DNA of 63,046 nucleotides, the filler included, from Octopus bimaculoides (Eukaryota), in assembly GCF_001194135.2 (NCBI RefSeq). It is 6 parts of 6 records of this genome, joined end to end, with 100 filler letters (N's around TTAATTAATTAA, not from the genome) between each part and the next. Parts side by side here need not be neighbours in the genome. Positions count along the whole stretch, not along the records: positions 21,851 to 43,630 come from NC_068981.1; positions 43,731 to 56,178 come from NC_068991.1; 4 more parts are not named here. One strand, written 5' to 3'. Shown here piece after piece: positions 37,852 through 49,942 of the stretch (positions are counted from its first letter, which is position 1; each line of letters opens with the position of its first letter). The notes under the pieces were generated by a model that ran no database searches, was not told the DNA's origin, and was given only the letters and a program-made list of their open reading frames with translations. Position numbers and translations under genes: made by a program.

Positions 37852-38917
37852 TGTGGTTGTTGTTTTTGTTGTTATCTTTGCCTTTCATTCCTTCGGGACC
37901 GTTGAAATATGTATCAGTTGAGGACCGTGATCGATATAATCGACAAGCCCATCCAACCGAATTTCTGTCCTTGTGTCTATAATAAAAAAAGATTTATTAT
38001 TATTAATTTTTGTTGTTATTCCCTACGTGTTCCTACATCGTATATACTACCTACTAGATACTGAAGCTGTTCAAATATTTCTATTATTCAGTGCAGCAAT
38101 CTCAAAACATTTTTCATTGCCTTTCTAAGGTGGTTGTGATTTTTCATTGCTATATTAAGTTACGCTTCGTTCTATTGTCTGTTTGTTGTTGTATTGCTGT
38201 ATAAAAATCATTTCTAGTTGTTGGTGAGTGGCAATATAGTAATTACTTATATCAATAACTGGAAAATATTATGTGGCTAAATCAGTAATCGCATTTACTT
38301 CAATGTTAGAGAGGCAGAATATCCCGATATCACACAAGATTAATTGCAACGTACATTCCATATATTATTTATTTGTTATATTTAAGGTCAATTCTTGGTG
38401 TTTGTATAAATCATATATAAATAACGTCAGAGCAATGACTGCTTTCTAAATCATTATGCAATCTAATTCACTTAAATTGCGCTTAGCTGAACAAATATAA
38501 CACTTAGGATTGTATGTGCTTACACGCACATGGACACACTCACACTCACACGCACACATTCATCCATACATAGAAACACACATACATACAAAAGGCAAAC
38601 GTACACGCACACACATATACACATACAAGCACACACACACACGATGAGCCTCTGCAGAGTTTACCATTCGAGTAATTTACACACAAAGCAGAGAGTCCTC
38701 CTCCTCTGCACTTGAACTCGCTGGCCTAAAATGAGTTACGATATGTGGCCTAAAGTGAGTTACGCTGGCAAAAAGTGAGTTACGATGTGTGGAAGCAACA
38801 GATTCAAGACTTTCCCTCCTACAAATGATCTTGGGATGGTCCAAAGTACCGGAAGGCTATGGAACTACATTTTATCAAAAAGGTCTTACCTATGCTAAAA
38901 CATATAAAAAGTAACAC

Positions 38918-39053
38918 AGGCGCAGGTATGGCAGTATTGTACGAGGCTTGCTTCCAACCATATCGTCCGGTGTTCAGTCCCACTGCGTGTTACCTTCGGC
39001 GAGTGATTTCTACTATAGTGGATTCGGTAGGCGGAAACTGAAAGATGTCTGTC

Positions 39054-39091
<38 letters not shown>
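38918..39091 (+). mobile_element. SINE-C 5' half running into (GT)n and a gap
   Basis: AGGCGCAGGTATGGC head..GGTTCAGTCCCACTGCG-like..GGAAACTGAAAGATGTCTGTCG. A further 5' fragment lies at about 19530-19680. Confidence 0.8.
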
Positions 39092-39989
39092 NNNNNNNNN
39101 NNNNNNNNNNNNNNNNNNNNNNNNNNNNNNNNNNNNNNNNNNNNNNNNNNNNNNNNNNNNNNNNNNNNNNNNNNNNNNNNNNNNNNNNNNNNNNNNNNNN
39201 NNNNNNNNNNNNNNNNNNNNNNNNNNNNNNNNNNNNNNNNNNNNNNNNNNNNNNNNNNNNNNNNNNNNNNNNNNNNNNNNNNNNNNNNNNNNNNNNNNNN
39301 NNNNNNNNNNNNNNNNNNNNNNNNNNNNNNNNNNNNNNNNNNNNNNNNNNNNNNNNNNNNNNNNNNNNNNNNNNNNNNNNNNNNNNNNNNNNNNNNNNNN
39401 NNNNNNNNNNNNNNNNNNNNNNNNNNNNNNNNNNNNNNNNNNNNNNNNNNNNNNNNNNNNNNNNNNNNNNNNNNNNNNNNNNNNNNNNNNNNNNNNNNNN
39501 NNNNNNNNNNNNNNNNNNNNNNNNNNNNNNNNNNNNNNNNNNNNNNNNNNNNNNNNNNNNNNNNNNNNNNNNNNNNNNNNNNNNNNNNNNNNNNNNNNNN
39601 NNNNNNNNNNNNNNNNNNNNNNNNNNNNNNNNNNNNNNNNNNNNNNNNNNNNNNNNNNNNNNNNNNNNNNNNNNNNNNNNNNNNNNNNNNNNNNNNNNNN
39701 NNNNNNNNNNNNNNNNNNNNNNNNNNNNNNNNNNNNNNNNNNNNNNNNNNNNNNNNNNNNNNNNNNNNNNNNNNNNNNNNNNNNNNNNNNNNNNNNNNNN
39801 NNNNNNNNNNNNNNNNTTTCTTTCTTTCTATTTTTTCTTTCTTTCTATTTTTTCTTTCTTTCTCTCCTTGGTCCCGTCCTTTTGTTTTCCTTTTTTATTC
39901 TCCCCAATCAACGGCTCCCCACTCTTCGAAAATTTACCATACATGCATACTTACTCACACGTACATACACAAACATATACACGCACGTG

Positions 39990-40347
39990 GAAGCACAATG
40001 GCCCAGTGGTTAAGGCAGTAGGATCGCGTTCGTAGGAACGCGGTTTCGATTACTAGACCGAGCGTTTTGAGTGTTTATTGAGCGAGGCTCCGGCGGGTGG
40101 GATGCTGTACTCTTTCACCGCATCTTTCTTTCACTCTTTCTTCCTGTTTCTCTTGTACCTGTATTTCCAAGGGCCAGCCTTGTCACACTCTGTGTCACCC
40201 TGAATATCCCCGAGAACTACGTTAAGGGTACACGTGTCTGTACACGTGTCTGTGGACTGCTCAGCCACTTTCACGTTAATTTCACGAGCAGGCTGTTCCG
40301 TTGATCAGATCGACTGGAACCTTCATCGTTGCAACCGACGGAGTGCC
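39990..40347 (+). mobile_element. SINE family A head + variant middle + tail type 4
   Basis: TGGCCCAGTGGTTAAGG..GGTTTCGATT head; 3' end CAACCGACGGAGTGCC. Confidence 0.85.
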
Positions 40348-40689
40348 GCACACACAATGATCGTTCTCATCCTAATACAACTCAACTAATTCCCGATTGC
40401 ACACATACAAACACACATACACATATGTATGTAACGCACGAATTTTCTGTAAATAACCATTCATGATGAATCCCTCAAAATAGCAAGATATTTCTAAATA
40501 TATAACTATAAAATATTCTGACTCATAATATATCAAATCTGTACACCAATTCAAACAATCATAGATACATACATATATGCATATATGCAAGCATGTATGC
40601 ATGTATGCATCCATCCATCCACACATATATACATGCATGCATATATATATACATACATACGTGTAAAAATATATATATATATGTGTGTA

Positions 40690-40884
40690 TGTATGTGAGT
40701 GTATGGATCTTTTTTACCTTACTTTCCTTCACCTACCGTCTCTCCGTATTCTTTCTGTTGAAGAGCGTAGCTCGAAACGTCAAAGACTTTCCGTATTCCC
40801 GAGCGTCATACTAATATATCCTTTTGTTATTTACACCACCTGTCCTCGTCTGTTGTTATTATTTGTATATTCTCCCATATATAT
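40690..40884 (+). mobile_element. Short hammerhead-bearing repeat, family 2
   Basis: Homologous to about 60095-60270; pyrimidine-rich flanks, embedded in microsatellite. Confidence 0.6.
40750..40786 (+). ncRNA. Minimal hammerhead-like motif with variant core CUGUUGA
   Basis: UCUUU-CUGUUGA-A-GAGC(GUA)GCUC-GAAA-CGUC-AAAGA: perfect stems I and II, GAAA, palindromic ACGU and GUC triplet; the conserved A6 is U. Confidence 0.6.
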
Positions 40885-41296
40885 NNNNNNNNNNNNNNNN
40901 NNNNNNNNNNNNNNNNNNNNNNNNNNNNNNNNNNNNNNNNNNNNNNNNNNNNNNNNNNNNNNNNNNNNNNNNNNNNNNNNNNNNNNNNNNNNNNNNNNNN
41001 NNNNNNNNNNNNNNNNNNNNNNNNNNNNNNNNNNNNNNNNNNNNNNNNNNNNNNNNNNNNNNNNNNNNNNNNNNNNNNNNNNNNNNNNNNNNNNNNNNNN
41101 NNNNNNNNNNNNNNNNNNNNNNNNNNNNNNNNNNNNNNNNNNNNNNNNNNNNNNNNNNNNNNNNNNNNNNNNNNNNNNNNNNNNNNNNNNNNNNNNNNNN
41201 NNNNNNNNNNNNNNNNNNNNNNNNNNNNNNNNNNNNNNNNNNNNNNNNNNNNNNNNNNNNNNNNNNNNNNNNNNNNNNNNNNNNNNNNNNNNNNNC

Positions 41297-41385
<89 letters not shown>

Positions 41386-43214
41386 GGTGGGAGAGCAAAT
41401 AGAATTGCGCAGGAAGAGGGAATGCCAGAAAGAGAGTGCAAGAGTAAGAGAATATTAATTTCATATTGTAGATGTATTTAGGCGTGATAATGATAAAATA
41501 TTACAAAGTATATGTGCCCTAAAAATCAACAACACGCCTAATAATCCGTCGTGTTTTACATTTGTAGCGATCGAAATCTATATTGATGCGCTAAAGAAAT
41601 AGACCATTGAAATAAAATCATTACTAAATATCGTTTTATCCTTCTCCGGTTCTAGCCCAAATCGAACTAAGTATCAGCAATGACATTCATTTATTCGCGA
41701 TCAATTAAGCACACTAATATGAAGCCATAGCATCGGTTTAATCGACCATAAACATTCCCATAAACACATTAACGATATTTTTGATCAAAAGTAATTATTA
41801 CTACGTGACTTCTGTTATTGTTATGGTTGTTATTTAGCATTAGGTCAGATTTAATTGAACGCACATATGATCAAAAGCTTTTCATCGATGACTAGTTTGC
41901 CTTTTTTCATGCATTGCATACCACTCAATGCATTATCAATGGAAATCCCTTTGTTGAGGTGGTAGGTTGGGATCTAAAGGAAATGATGTTGTTAATACTA
42001 TTAGGTCGACCGGCCATGTAGTAAATGCATCGTTAGATCCGCATGGTTAATGATGCTTAGACGGGTGGATTGTACCCCAGTAGAATATTTATTTATAATT
42101 AGTTAATACCAAAAGTATGAAGTGGTCTAGCAGTAAATAGAATGCAGAAGTGGTTACACCACTCACCTTATCGATTATTCAGCAATAATTTTTATTATCT
42201 GAATGAAACATTATAAGAAAAAAATATATAAGGTAGTTCATCGAACTTATGCTTATTTTGTCCTTTTCTCCGTATAAAATAAAAGATAAGAGTAATGTAT
42301 GTAATATGATTAAAATATAGCTGGATTTCACCTAGCAATAGATGCACCTACCTTTCTTTCAACACTACCTCTGCAATATGTTCCTTCCTCGATCTTTCGT
42401 ATTATCACCCGATTTTTTTCTATTAGTCTATATTTCATCCTAATTTTCACACGTACACTTTACTTGTTATATTCCTGTGCATGAAAGCACACCGAAACAA
42501 AACAATAAGCATTATAGTGACATAACATTTACTTAATACTTATAGAGCGTGCACACACAGTTTATTAAGTTTGTTCTTTAGCAGAGTTAGGACGTAGTAG
42601 GACTCTTACTTTTCATGCTGCCCTTCCCTCTTTAGCTTCTCTGATTATATCAATTTCGGAGTAATGCACTTCAGAGTACACACAACTACGTCACAGTATG
42701 CAATCGTGAGCGAGATGCCTCCAGTTGTTGCTCGATACTATATTTTATAAGTTGTACTCAATTTGTCTTTGTATCTTTCCTTTGGTCCGCCACGTGACCA
42801 ATTGCTTGTTCACCAAACAAGATATGTTCGGGGAGTCAGGCATGAGCGTCACATGTTTTCACCTCACCTGGAATTTGTTCAGGAAAGCATAAATGCTTGA
42901 TATATGAGCTCTCTTGAGCACAGTTGTATTAGGAATTTTATTGGGCCACCTGATGTTAAGGAGTTTTCGCATGCATGACAAGTGAAATTGGTGACATATT
43001 TTTAGTATATCTTTGGTAAACTATCCTGATCTTAAAACTGTAGTGTAGTCACCAAGACAGGTTTTTGTATGCCAAATTTTGTTTTATAGTAAAGGCAAGG
43101 CTTTCCAAAAATCGTCCAAAGACAGACCTGGCTTTTGTTACTAGGGTTTGCTTGAAGTTCACTTTCTTGCTACGCTTCAGTCCTTGGATCTTATATATAA
43201 TTTATATATATATT

Positions 43215-43620
43215 TACTCTTTTACTCTTATACTTGTTTCAGTCGTTTGACTATGGCCATGCTGGAGCACTGCCTTTAGTAGAGCAAATCGATCTCGGGA
43301 CTTATTCTTTGTAAACCAGTACTTATTCTATCGGTCTCTTTGCTGAACCGCAAAGTTTAACGGATGTAAAACACACCAGCATCGGTTGTCAAGCGATGTT
43401 GGGGGGACAAACACAGACACACAAACACATATACACACATACATATATATACATATATACGTCGGGCTTTCAGTTTCCGTCTACCAAATCCACTCACAAG
43501 GCTTTGGTCGGCCCGAGGCTATAGTATAAAACACTTGCCCAATGTACCACGCAGTGGGACTGAATCCAGAACCATGTGGCTGGTAAGTAAGCTACTTACC
43601 TCGCAGCCACTCCTACGCCT
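43215..43620 (-). mobile_element. tRNA-derived SINE family C with internal (TA/CA)n microsatellite, full length
   Basis: Minus strand: head AGGCGTAGGAGTGGCTG..GGTTCTGGATTCAGTCCC, then TTGGGCAAGTG..GGTAGACGGAAACTGAAAG, a microsatellite, and a 3' body ending GCTCCAGCATGGCC..TGAAACAAG and AAAAGAGTAAA repeats. Confidence 0.88.
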
Positions 43621-43730
43621 ATATATATATNNNNNNNNNNNNNNNNNNNNNNNNNNNNNNNNNNNNNNNNNNNNTTAATTAATTAANNNNNNNNNNNNNN
43701 NNNNNNNNNNNNNNNNNNNNNNNNNNNNNN

Positions 43731-44055
43731 CGGATAGCTGGTCCCTCTATTGGGTCGACATAAGGCAGGCTCTCTTTCTCCCATTCATTCTCTTTATTAA
43801 GCAATCTATCGTAGTGGCATCTCCAGACCTCTTTCTTTGCATCCTCATTTAATGCAAGCGTACCATCATCCATGCGAACACATTTCTCTCCTACAACATC
43901 ACTATTCTCTCTCCTACACTGTCTTGCAACCCGAAATACCTCGAGTCTTTGGTCCTCACGGCGCAGAACATTGGCAAATCTTTCCTTATCTGCTTCCCCT
44001 CTGGCTAAATAAACCTGTCGCCTAGCCTCCCTTCTGGCACATTGGTAGAGTAACA
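43731..44055 (-). mobile_element. RTE-clade LINE fragment (linker between endonuclease and RT)
   Basis: ARREARRQVYLARGEADKERFANVLRREDQRLEVFRVARQC..DVVGEKCVRMDDGTLAL..KKEVWRCHYDRLLNKENEW...IEGPAI; open frame running into a gap. Confidence 0.8.
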
Positions 44056-44400
44056 AATATGTTTTGCATCTACTCATCCGTTGCTGACTTGTGGAGTTAT
44101 ATCAAACACCTCCTGTTGTGTGTAAGACGGATCTGGCTATCAGCTGAGTCCACTGTGAAGATTATCCTTTGGCTGGGAAAGACAGGCTGTGTTTATTTGT
44201 CTGGTGGCCTTGGTGAAAGAGGTGTGGTGAAAGGGCTGAAGACAAAGACTTTCCTCCTTGGCCAAGCCCTCATCAACTTTTTCAAGTTTCATTTGAAAAG
44301 AAAAGTGAAGGTGGAGAGGGAAGTGCTGCCTTAAGGGTCAGGGCAACTGTCGGTTTGGTGGGGTTTCCATGAGCATCACTTGGAAGTTCCCCTCATTTTG
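44056..44400 (+). mobile_element. Possible L1/Tx1-clade ORF2 C-terminal remnant
   Basis: VADLWSYIKHLL..RIWLSAES.VKI..KGLKTKTFLLGQALINFFKFHLKRKVKVEREVL; resembles recalled Tx1-like C-termini. Confidence 0.5.
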
Positions 44401-44699
44401 GGAAATTTTTCTTATTTGAATTTGCTTGTTTTTTCGTTTTTATTTTTACTGTTCACACACCTTCATGTAACTCCACATCACATCGTATTTTAATGCATCA
44501 TCCTGTACTGTCCCCAGTCTATTTGCTAACCCTTAACTGTTAATAAAGAAATCATCACCATCATCACCATCATCATAATCACCACCACCACCACCATGGT
44601 GTGCATGAATGTTTTATATTTGGAATCAATGTCCTTGATATTGGGCCACAACCAGTTTTCTTAGATATGAAGACTTTTCTTACAAGTCATCACATTTCC

Positions 44700-45100
44700 C
44701 TAGAGGATGGATGAGGAGCAGATGGTAAGGAGGGTGATGAAAGCAGAAGTGGTAGGCAGCAGAACCAGAGGCAGACCTCAGTTTGTGTGGATGGATGGAG
44801 TGAGGAAAGTTTTGATGGTTAGAGGTGTTGGAGGGAGAGAGGCAAGAGAGCTTATAAATGATAGGAAAGCTTGGAGAGTGTTTGTGGACGGATGAGTGAA
44901 TTTGATGTTGCTCAAAGGGGCACGGAACCAGCATGATGTGGCAGGGGTAAACCAGTGTGTGTTGTCAGGCCTAGCTGCTGAAATTAGGGGTTGCGTTCTT
45001 TGCCTTGACCATGGGAAACAAATGGAATGCCTGGTGTGTGTCTTGTGGCTACTCCCTCCTAAAAAAAAGGGGAATAGGCCAGGGTCTATAAAGAAAAAAT
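44700..45100 (+). mobile_element. RTE-clade LINE 3' end
   Basis: RMDEEQMVRRVMKAEVVGSRTRGRPQFVWMDGVRKVL..DRKAWRVFVDG* (stop about 44895) followed by a 3'UTR. Confidence 0.8.
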
Positions 45101-45104
45101 ATTA

Positions 45105-45662
45105 TTGAGTAAGAGAGCAGTGCATGTCATCAAAGTGACCTTGGGGTACAAATATATGATGCCCAATAGACCCATCATGATAACCCGTCTGATAAGGATA
45201 AACCAGGCGCATGCATCACAACCATGTGTGTGACATGGTGATCGCATACCAAGATAAACAACACATGACCTTGCAGGTGGGGACCCAGTTAGAATTTCTC
45301 TTCAGGTTGAGTAACCCATCCCACTCAAAAGATCCTTAAATAAGGTTTGTTTAAGGATGATGAACGAAACACCGATGTTCCCAGGGATGAATTATTCAAA
45401 TCCCAAAGAATTCCTCTCAACACATGGCTATGATGCTCCCCCACTACTTCTGCTCGCGATCAGAGATGCACATATCGTCAGCCACCAAGGGACATGCTCA
45501 ACTGGTTAAGGTCAAACAACTGACAAGCAAATCTGAGATATTGGGCAGAATATTTGCTGTAGCCCATCTTTTATACCAAGACAAAATATGTACATGATAA
45601 CATTTCCAATCAGTTAAGATCAGAAGCCAAGAGAGCTACTTCCTGATACTGCATCAGGGCAT
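45105..45662 (-). mobile_element. Repeat 'G', longest copy (about 560 bp)
   Basis: Colinear with 36795-37270 and extends further 5'. Confidence 0.75.
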
Positions 45663-45811
45663 TTATTTACGTTCTGAGTTCAAATTCCGCCGAGTTCGAT
45701 TTTACCTTTCATCCTTTCTGGGTCGATAAATTAAATATCAGTTAAACACTGGGTCGACGTAATCGACTAGTCTATTCCCCAATTTCAAGTCTTGTACCTA
45801 CAGTAGAAAGG

Positions 45812-45862
<51 letters not shown>
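45663..45862 (+). mobile_element. SINE-B 3' two-thirds with (AAT)n tail
   Basis: Begins at TTTACGTTCTGAGTTCAAATTCCGCCGAG. Confidence 0.85.
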
Positions 45863-45866
<4 letters not shown>

Positions 45867-46959
45867 TATTTCGTCGCTTTGTCTACGTCTTACGAATGTT
45901 GCCAATGTTTGTGAAAGAATGTATTCTAACAATTTTCTTAAATGCACTTTAAATATAGTTACCACTTGCGAATTACATCGTGGGCGACACTCCCGTAGAT
46001 GGCAGTTCTTTTAAGATCAACGACTCTTGTCACTGGTGTCAAGATAACCCAACGAACATACATAAACGCCGTGAACCCTTAAAATCAGGCCATTCTGCCT
46101 GTCACTTTATCAATATATACTATTGGTGAAATGGCATTATATAAACAATGGTTAAATTCTTCGAAACTATTGAAGTTGTGTAATTAGTGTTACGTGTTTT
46201 GAATCAGTTAATTTCATATTTACATCTAAAAAACAAACTGTTCTTAACTGGGACGACATAGAATGATGCAGCGTGTTCGAAGTTTTTGAAAAAAAATACA
46301 AACTGGATATATGTGTGTGTGTATATATATATATATATACACACACACATATATATATTCAGTTTGTTGTATATATATATAGGAATCTATACACACACAC
46401 ACACATATTTATATATGTATATATGTGGGAATGTATGTATGTATGAATGAATGTGTGCATATATGTATGAATGTGTGCATGTATGTATGAATATATGTAT
46501 GTATGTATGTATGTATAATCAACGCAAGCTCCTTTAGCAATTAGTTCATTAATCTAATATTTCTAGCAAAAGAATTCATCTTTCTTCTTTAAATGTTTAT
46601 CTATTACTCGTGTTCACTATAATTACATCTACGAAATAACGCAATGTGCTAATTCGGTAATAACAGTAATAAAATAATAATATGATTTTTCTCCACCATT
46701 CAGTAATAATAGTAATCATAACTGTTGTCGTTAATTATGTAATTCAAAAGGAACATTTCTTTTTTGCTTTTATAATAAACAGGCTTTTTAATGTTATATT
46801 TTATTTTTTATGAGGGTATTTCGGGCTGGTGGCTGCACGTTGCACAACTGCACAATTCCTTGTCATTCACTAAAGCATTTAAAGCTGCTTCTAAGAGTTG
46901 TCAGGCCTGCTGCTTCTTTCCTTCATTGGTAGGAGCGATGCTGGTGGTAGTGGTGGTGG

Positions 46960-47800
46960 CCTGACACCGGTAGTGAATGGAAAAGTGATGTTGGTTATTG
47001 ATGGTATCAATTCTAAGCACCATCACTACTATCATCATCATCATCATCATCACCGTAATCACCACGATCATCATTTTGCTTTCGTCGTGGTGGTCGTCAC
47101 CATCATCTTAAGTCATCACCCCCTGATATAGGGTATTAATTAAAAGAAAGAAGAGAATTGTTATATACCACTCTAATTAGTAGTAACCATGCCTATATAA
47201 ACGGGAGTGCAAAATAAAATTAAAAGGAAAATAAATAAAATAGAGAACGAGAGAGAGAATAGAATGAGGTAGCTTAGAGTCTCTTAATAGTGGCAACAGT
47301 GGCGTGCAAGCTTCACTTCTAGTAGTCAGAAGCAAAACAAAGATGCGGTGGTGGTGGTGGAGGCGGCGGTAATAGTTACATGGGTGGCGGTGGCGGCGAC
47401 AGCTGTGGTAGTGGTGGTAATAGCTGTTGTAGTGTTAGTAGTATTAGCAATGGTGGTGGTGGTGGTAATAGCTGTAGTTATATCAGTAATAGTAGTTGTA
47501 ATTGTATCAACAATAGTAGTAGTAGTAGTAGTAGTAGCTGCAGTTGTATCACTACTACTACTAGTAGTGGTGGTGGTGGTGGTGGTAAAAGCTGTAGTTA
47601 CATCACTAGTGGCAGTTGCTTGCATCCGTAATACTAGTAGTAGTAGTAGTAGTGGTGGTGGTGGTAATAGCAGTAGATGCATCAGTAGTAGTAGCAGCGG
47701 TAATAACACATCAGTAGTAGTAGTAGTGGTAGTGGTAGTGGTGGTGGTGTTGGCGATATTAGTGCTGTTGTTAGGGTGGAAGTGGTGGAAAAGGAAAGAA
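46960..47800. repeat. Compound trinucleotide microsatellite field (CAT, GTA, GTG, GGC)
   Basis: Direct inspection; produces the spurious poly-V/T/S ORFs. Confidence 0.9.
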
Positions 47801-48438
47801 AGAGAGAGAGAGAGAGAGAGGAGGTTGTACTGTTGCAGCAGAGGTAAAAAGCGAAAGGCAGAGCCGCAGTCGCCTCCTCCGCCGCCGCCGCCTCCTCCGC
47901 CGCCGCCGCCGCCGCAGCAGCAGCAGCAGCCCGTACAGCAGTAGCAGCAGCCACAGCGGCATCTTTATGGCGCTCCACACCAATCGATTCTTTGACTACC
48001 TAAATGTTGTTAAGTCTAAGCGAGCTGTCATGAGATATGGCATCCTGGTCAGGAGCTCTGCTTCTGACTAACAACGTTTGCCTTATTTTCATTTTTATTT
48101 TTTTTCCTCTAGCACTGCTCCCTTAGGGCCCCCCCCCTTTTTTTGTACCCCTTTTCCTTTACGAGTAGTAGTAAGTAGTAAGAATAATTAAAAAAAATAA
48201 TAATAATAATAACCATATAAAATCTGCAAAAAACAAAACCAAAAACAAGCCCAAATAAACCCCCGTATATATATATATAATCAAAAAGGGGAAAAGGAAA
48301 AATTATATCCCTTGTAAGCTGCTAACCCCTAAAACAACAAGAAAACCCTACGATCTCATCATTGGTATTGATTGGAAAAAAAAAAAGAAGCAAAATTAAC
48401 CAAACAACAACAAAAATAAAAGCTGATTTCATTCCAAG
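47340..48438 (+). promoter_or_regulatory. Probable BRSK promoter/5' leader with trinucleotide-repeat, locally CpG-rich tract
   Basis: (GTA/GTG/GGC)n runs, then (CCG)n-(CAG)n at about 47870-47950, directly upstream of the ATG. A branch-point-like CTGACTAAC (48064-48072) plus polypyrimidine tract and AG at 48111-48112 suggests a 5'UTR intron acceptor. TSS unknown. Confidence 0.45.
47967..48071 (+). CDS. Candidate 34-aa upstream ORF (MALHTNRFFDYLNVVKSKRAVMRYGILVRSSASD)
   Basis: ATGG start, TAA stop; a high-complexity island between low-complexity leader tracts. No homology recognised. Confidence 0.25.
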   Translation: MALHTNRFFDYLNVVKSKRAVMRYGILVRSSASD

Positions 48439-48514
48439 ATGTCTCATAGTCAGAAGGAGGAGCAGTACGTCGGACCATACCGGTTGGAGAAGACACTAGG
48501 CAAAGGTCAAACAG
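48439..48514 (+). CDS. BRSK: First coding exon of a BR serine/threonine kinase (SAD-1/BRSK1/2 family, AMPK-related neuronal polarity kinase)
   Basis: ATG at 48439 reads MSHSQKEEQYVGPYRLEKTLGKGQT plus the first base of G. QYVGPYRLEKTLGKGQTG is the characteristic N-terminal/G-loop motif of BRSK/SAD kinases. Consensus donor CAG|GTAAGT at 48514/48515 (76 nt, phase 1). Too short to appear in the ORF track. Confidence 0.95.
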
Positions 48515-48639
48515 GTAAGTGGAAACCAGAAGTAATTGAGTAAATGATGATGATGACAGAAAAAATGTATAACGATAATTTAACTGCATCATCAGATACC
48601 GTGTATCGCCTAACATCATTGTACCTCTCTACTGCCCAT

Positions 48640-49429
48640 TATGATTGTTATTAGTGTTATTATTATTAATATTGTTATTATTATTATTATCATTATCCTC
48701 TTCCTCATCGTCGTCAAAAGCATCGTTATCAACCAACATCACAATTACATCAAGCATCATCGTCGTTATCATCCTCATGGTACACCACTACCACTACTAC
48801 TACTACCAATATGAAAACCACCACCACCACCACCATCACCATCATCGTCGTCGTCGTCTTCATCATCATCATCGTCGTCTTCATCATCATCATCATCACC
48901 ACACGCTTCTATCACTCGCATCAACATCACCATCATGCCATTCACCACTACCGTTGTCATTACTACTACTACTACTACTACTACTACTATTACTACTTCC
49001 GTCATCGTTGTCATCATCATTGTTGTCGTCGTCGTCATCATCATCATCAACATCATCATCATCATCACTATACACGCGCAAAATAATAACAAAAAATATC
49101 GCGTGTGGATTACTATGTGTATATATGTATGTATACATATACATGCATATATGTGTATGTATGTATATATATACATGTATGTATAAATGCATGTCTGTAC
49201 ACACACATATAAACATAAAAAATATATGTATATATGTATTCAGTTCCATACACGTATTGAGTTCTTTCAGTTAATGGTGCTTGTTTTTATAATCAAAAAC
49301 GTCTTTGCGTGCATGTATGTCTTTCTTTCTGTATGTGTATATGTACATACGTATGTAGGTATTTATGTATGCAAGCACTTTACTATCTGTCTGTCTATCT
49401 ATCTACCTGTCTATCTATCTATCTACCTG

Positions 49430-49484
<55 letters not shown>

Positions 49485-49520
49485 ATCTATCTACTTGTCT
49501 ATCTATCTATCTATCTATCT
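48640..49520. repeat. Compound (TTA/CAC/CAT/TAC/CGT)n and (TCTA)n microsatellites at the start of BRSK intron 1
   Basis: Direct inspection. Confidence 0.9.
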
Positions 49521-49909
49521 CTTTCTATGTATGCGTATTTCTCTCTCTTTCTATGTGTTTATGAATGTATATATATGTATAAAGATATATACATATGTAT
49601 AAAGATATATACGCATGCATTTATGATTTCCTTTTGTCCGTCCATGCCAGCAACCGTCAGTAATGTATATTAAAGTCTCGTTCATAAAATAATAAAAAAA
49701 AGACAGACACATTTGAAGTCGACTTCAACAATATTCATAGATTGTGTATTCTTCGTAAAACTGCAACCAATTTGTTAAATGTTACATATTTCGACATTAT
49801 GCCTAAAATCCTAGCACTTGTCTTGTAGCATGTGTAATGTTAGAGGGCCATCAACTGATGAAGATGCTAATGTAATAACAAAAATATGATGATGTATAAT
49901 GCGTGTGTG

Positions 49910-49942
<33 letters not shown>

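Noticed and set aside
45600-45640. Resemblance of the repeat G 5' end to U2 snRNA
   Set aside because: Only a short, gapped AT-rich similarity; no Sm site or U2 stems.
47348-47944. 198-aa poly-V/S/P/Q ORF and overlapping minus-strand ORFs
   Set aside because: Translation of trinucleotide microsatellites; no splice or homology support.
48645-49274. His/Tyr/Ser/Asp-rich ORFs
   Set aside because: Compound microsatellite immediately after the exon 1 donor; open in several frames simply because the repeats lack stops.
49850-49900. CTGATGA motif (also at about 30150) as further hammerheads
   Set aside because: No stem II/GAAA/stem I partners downstream.
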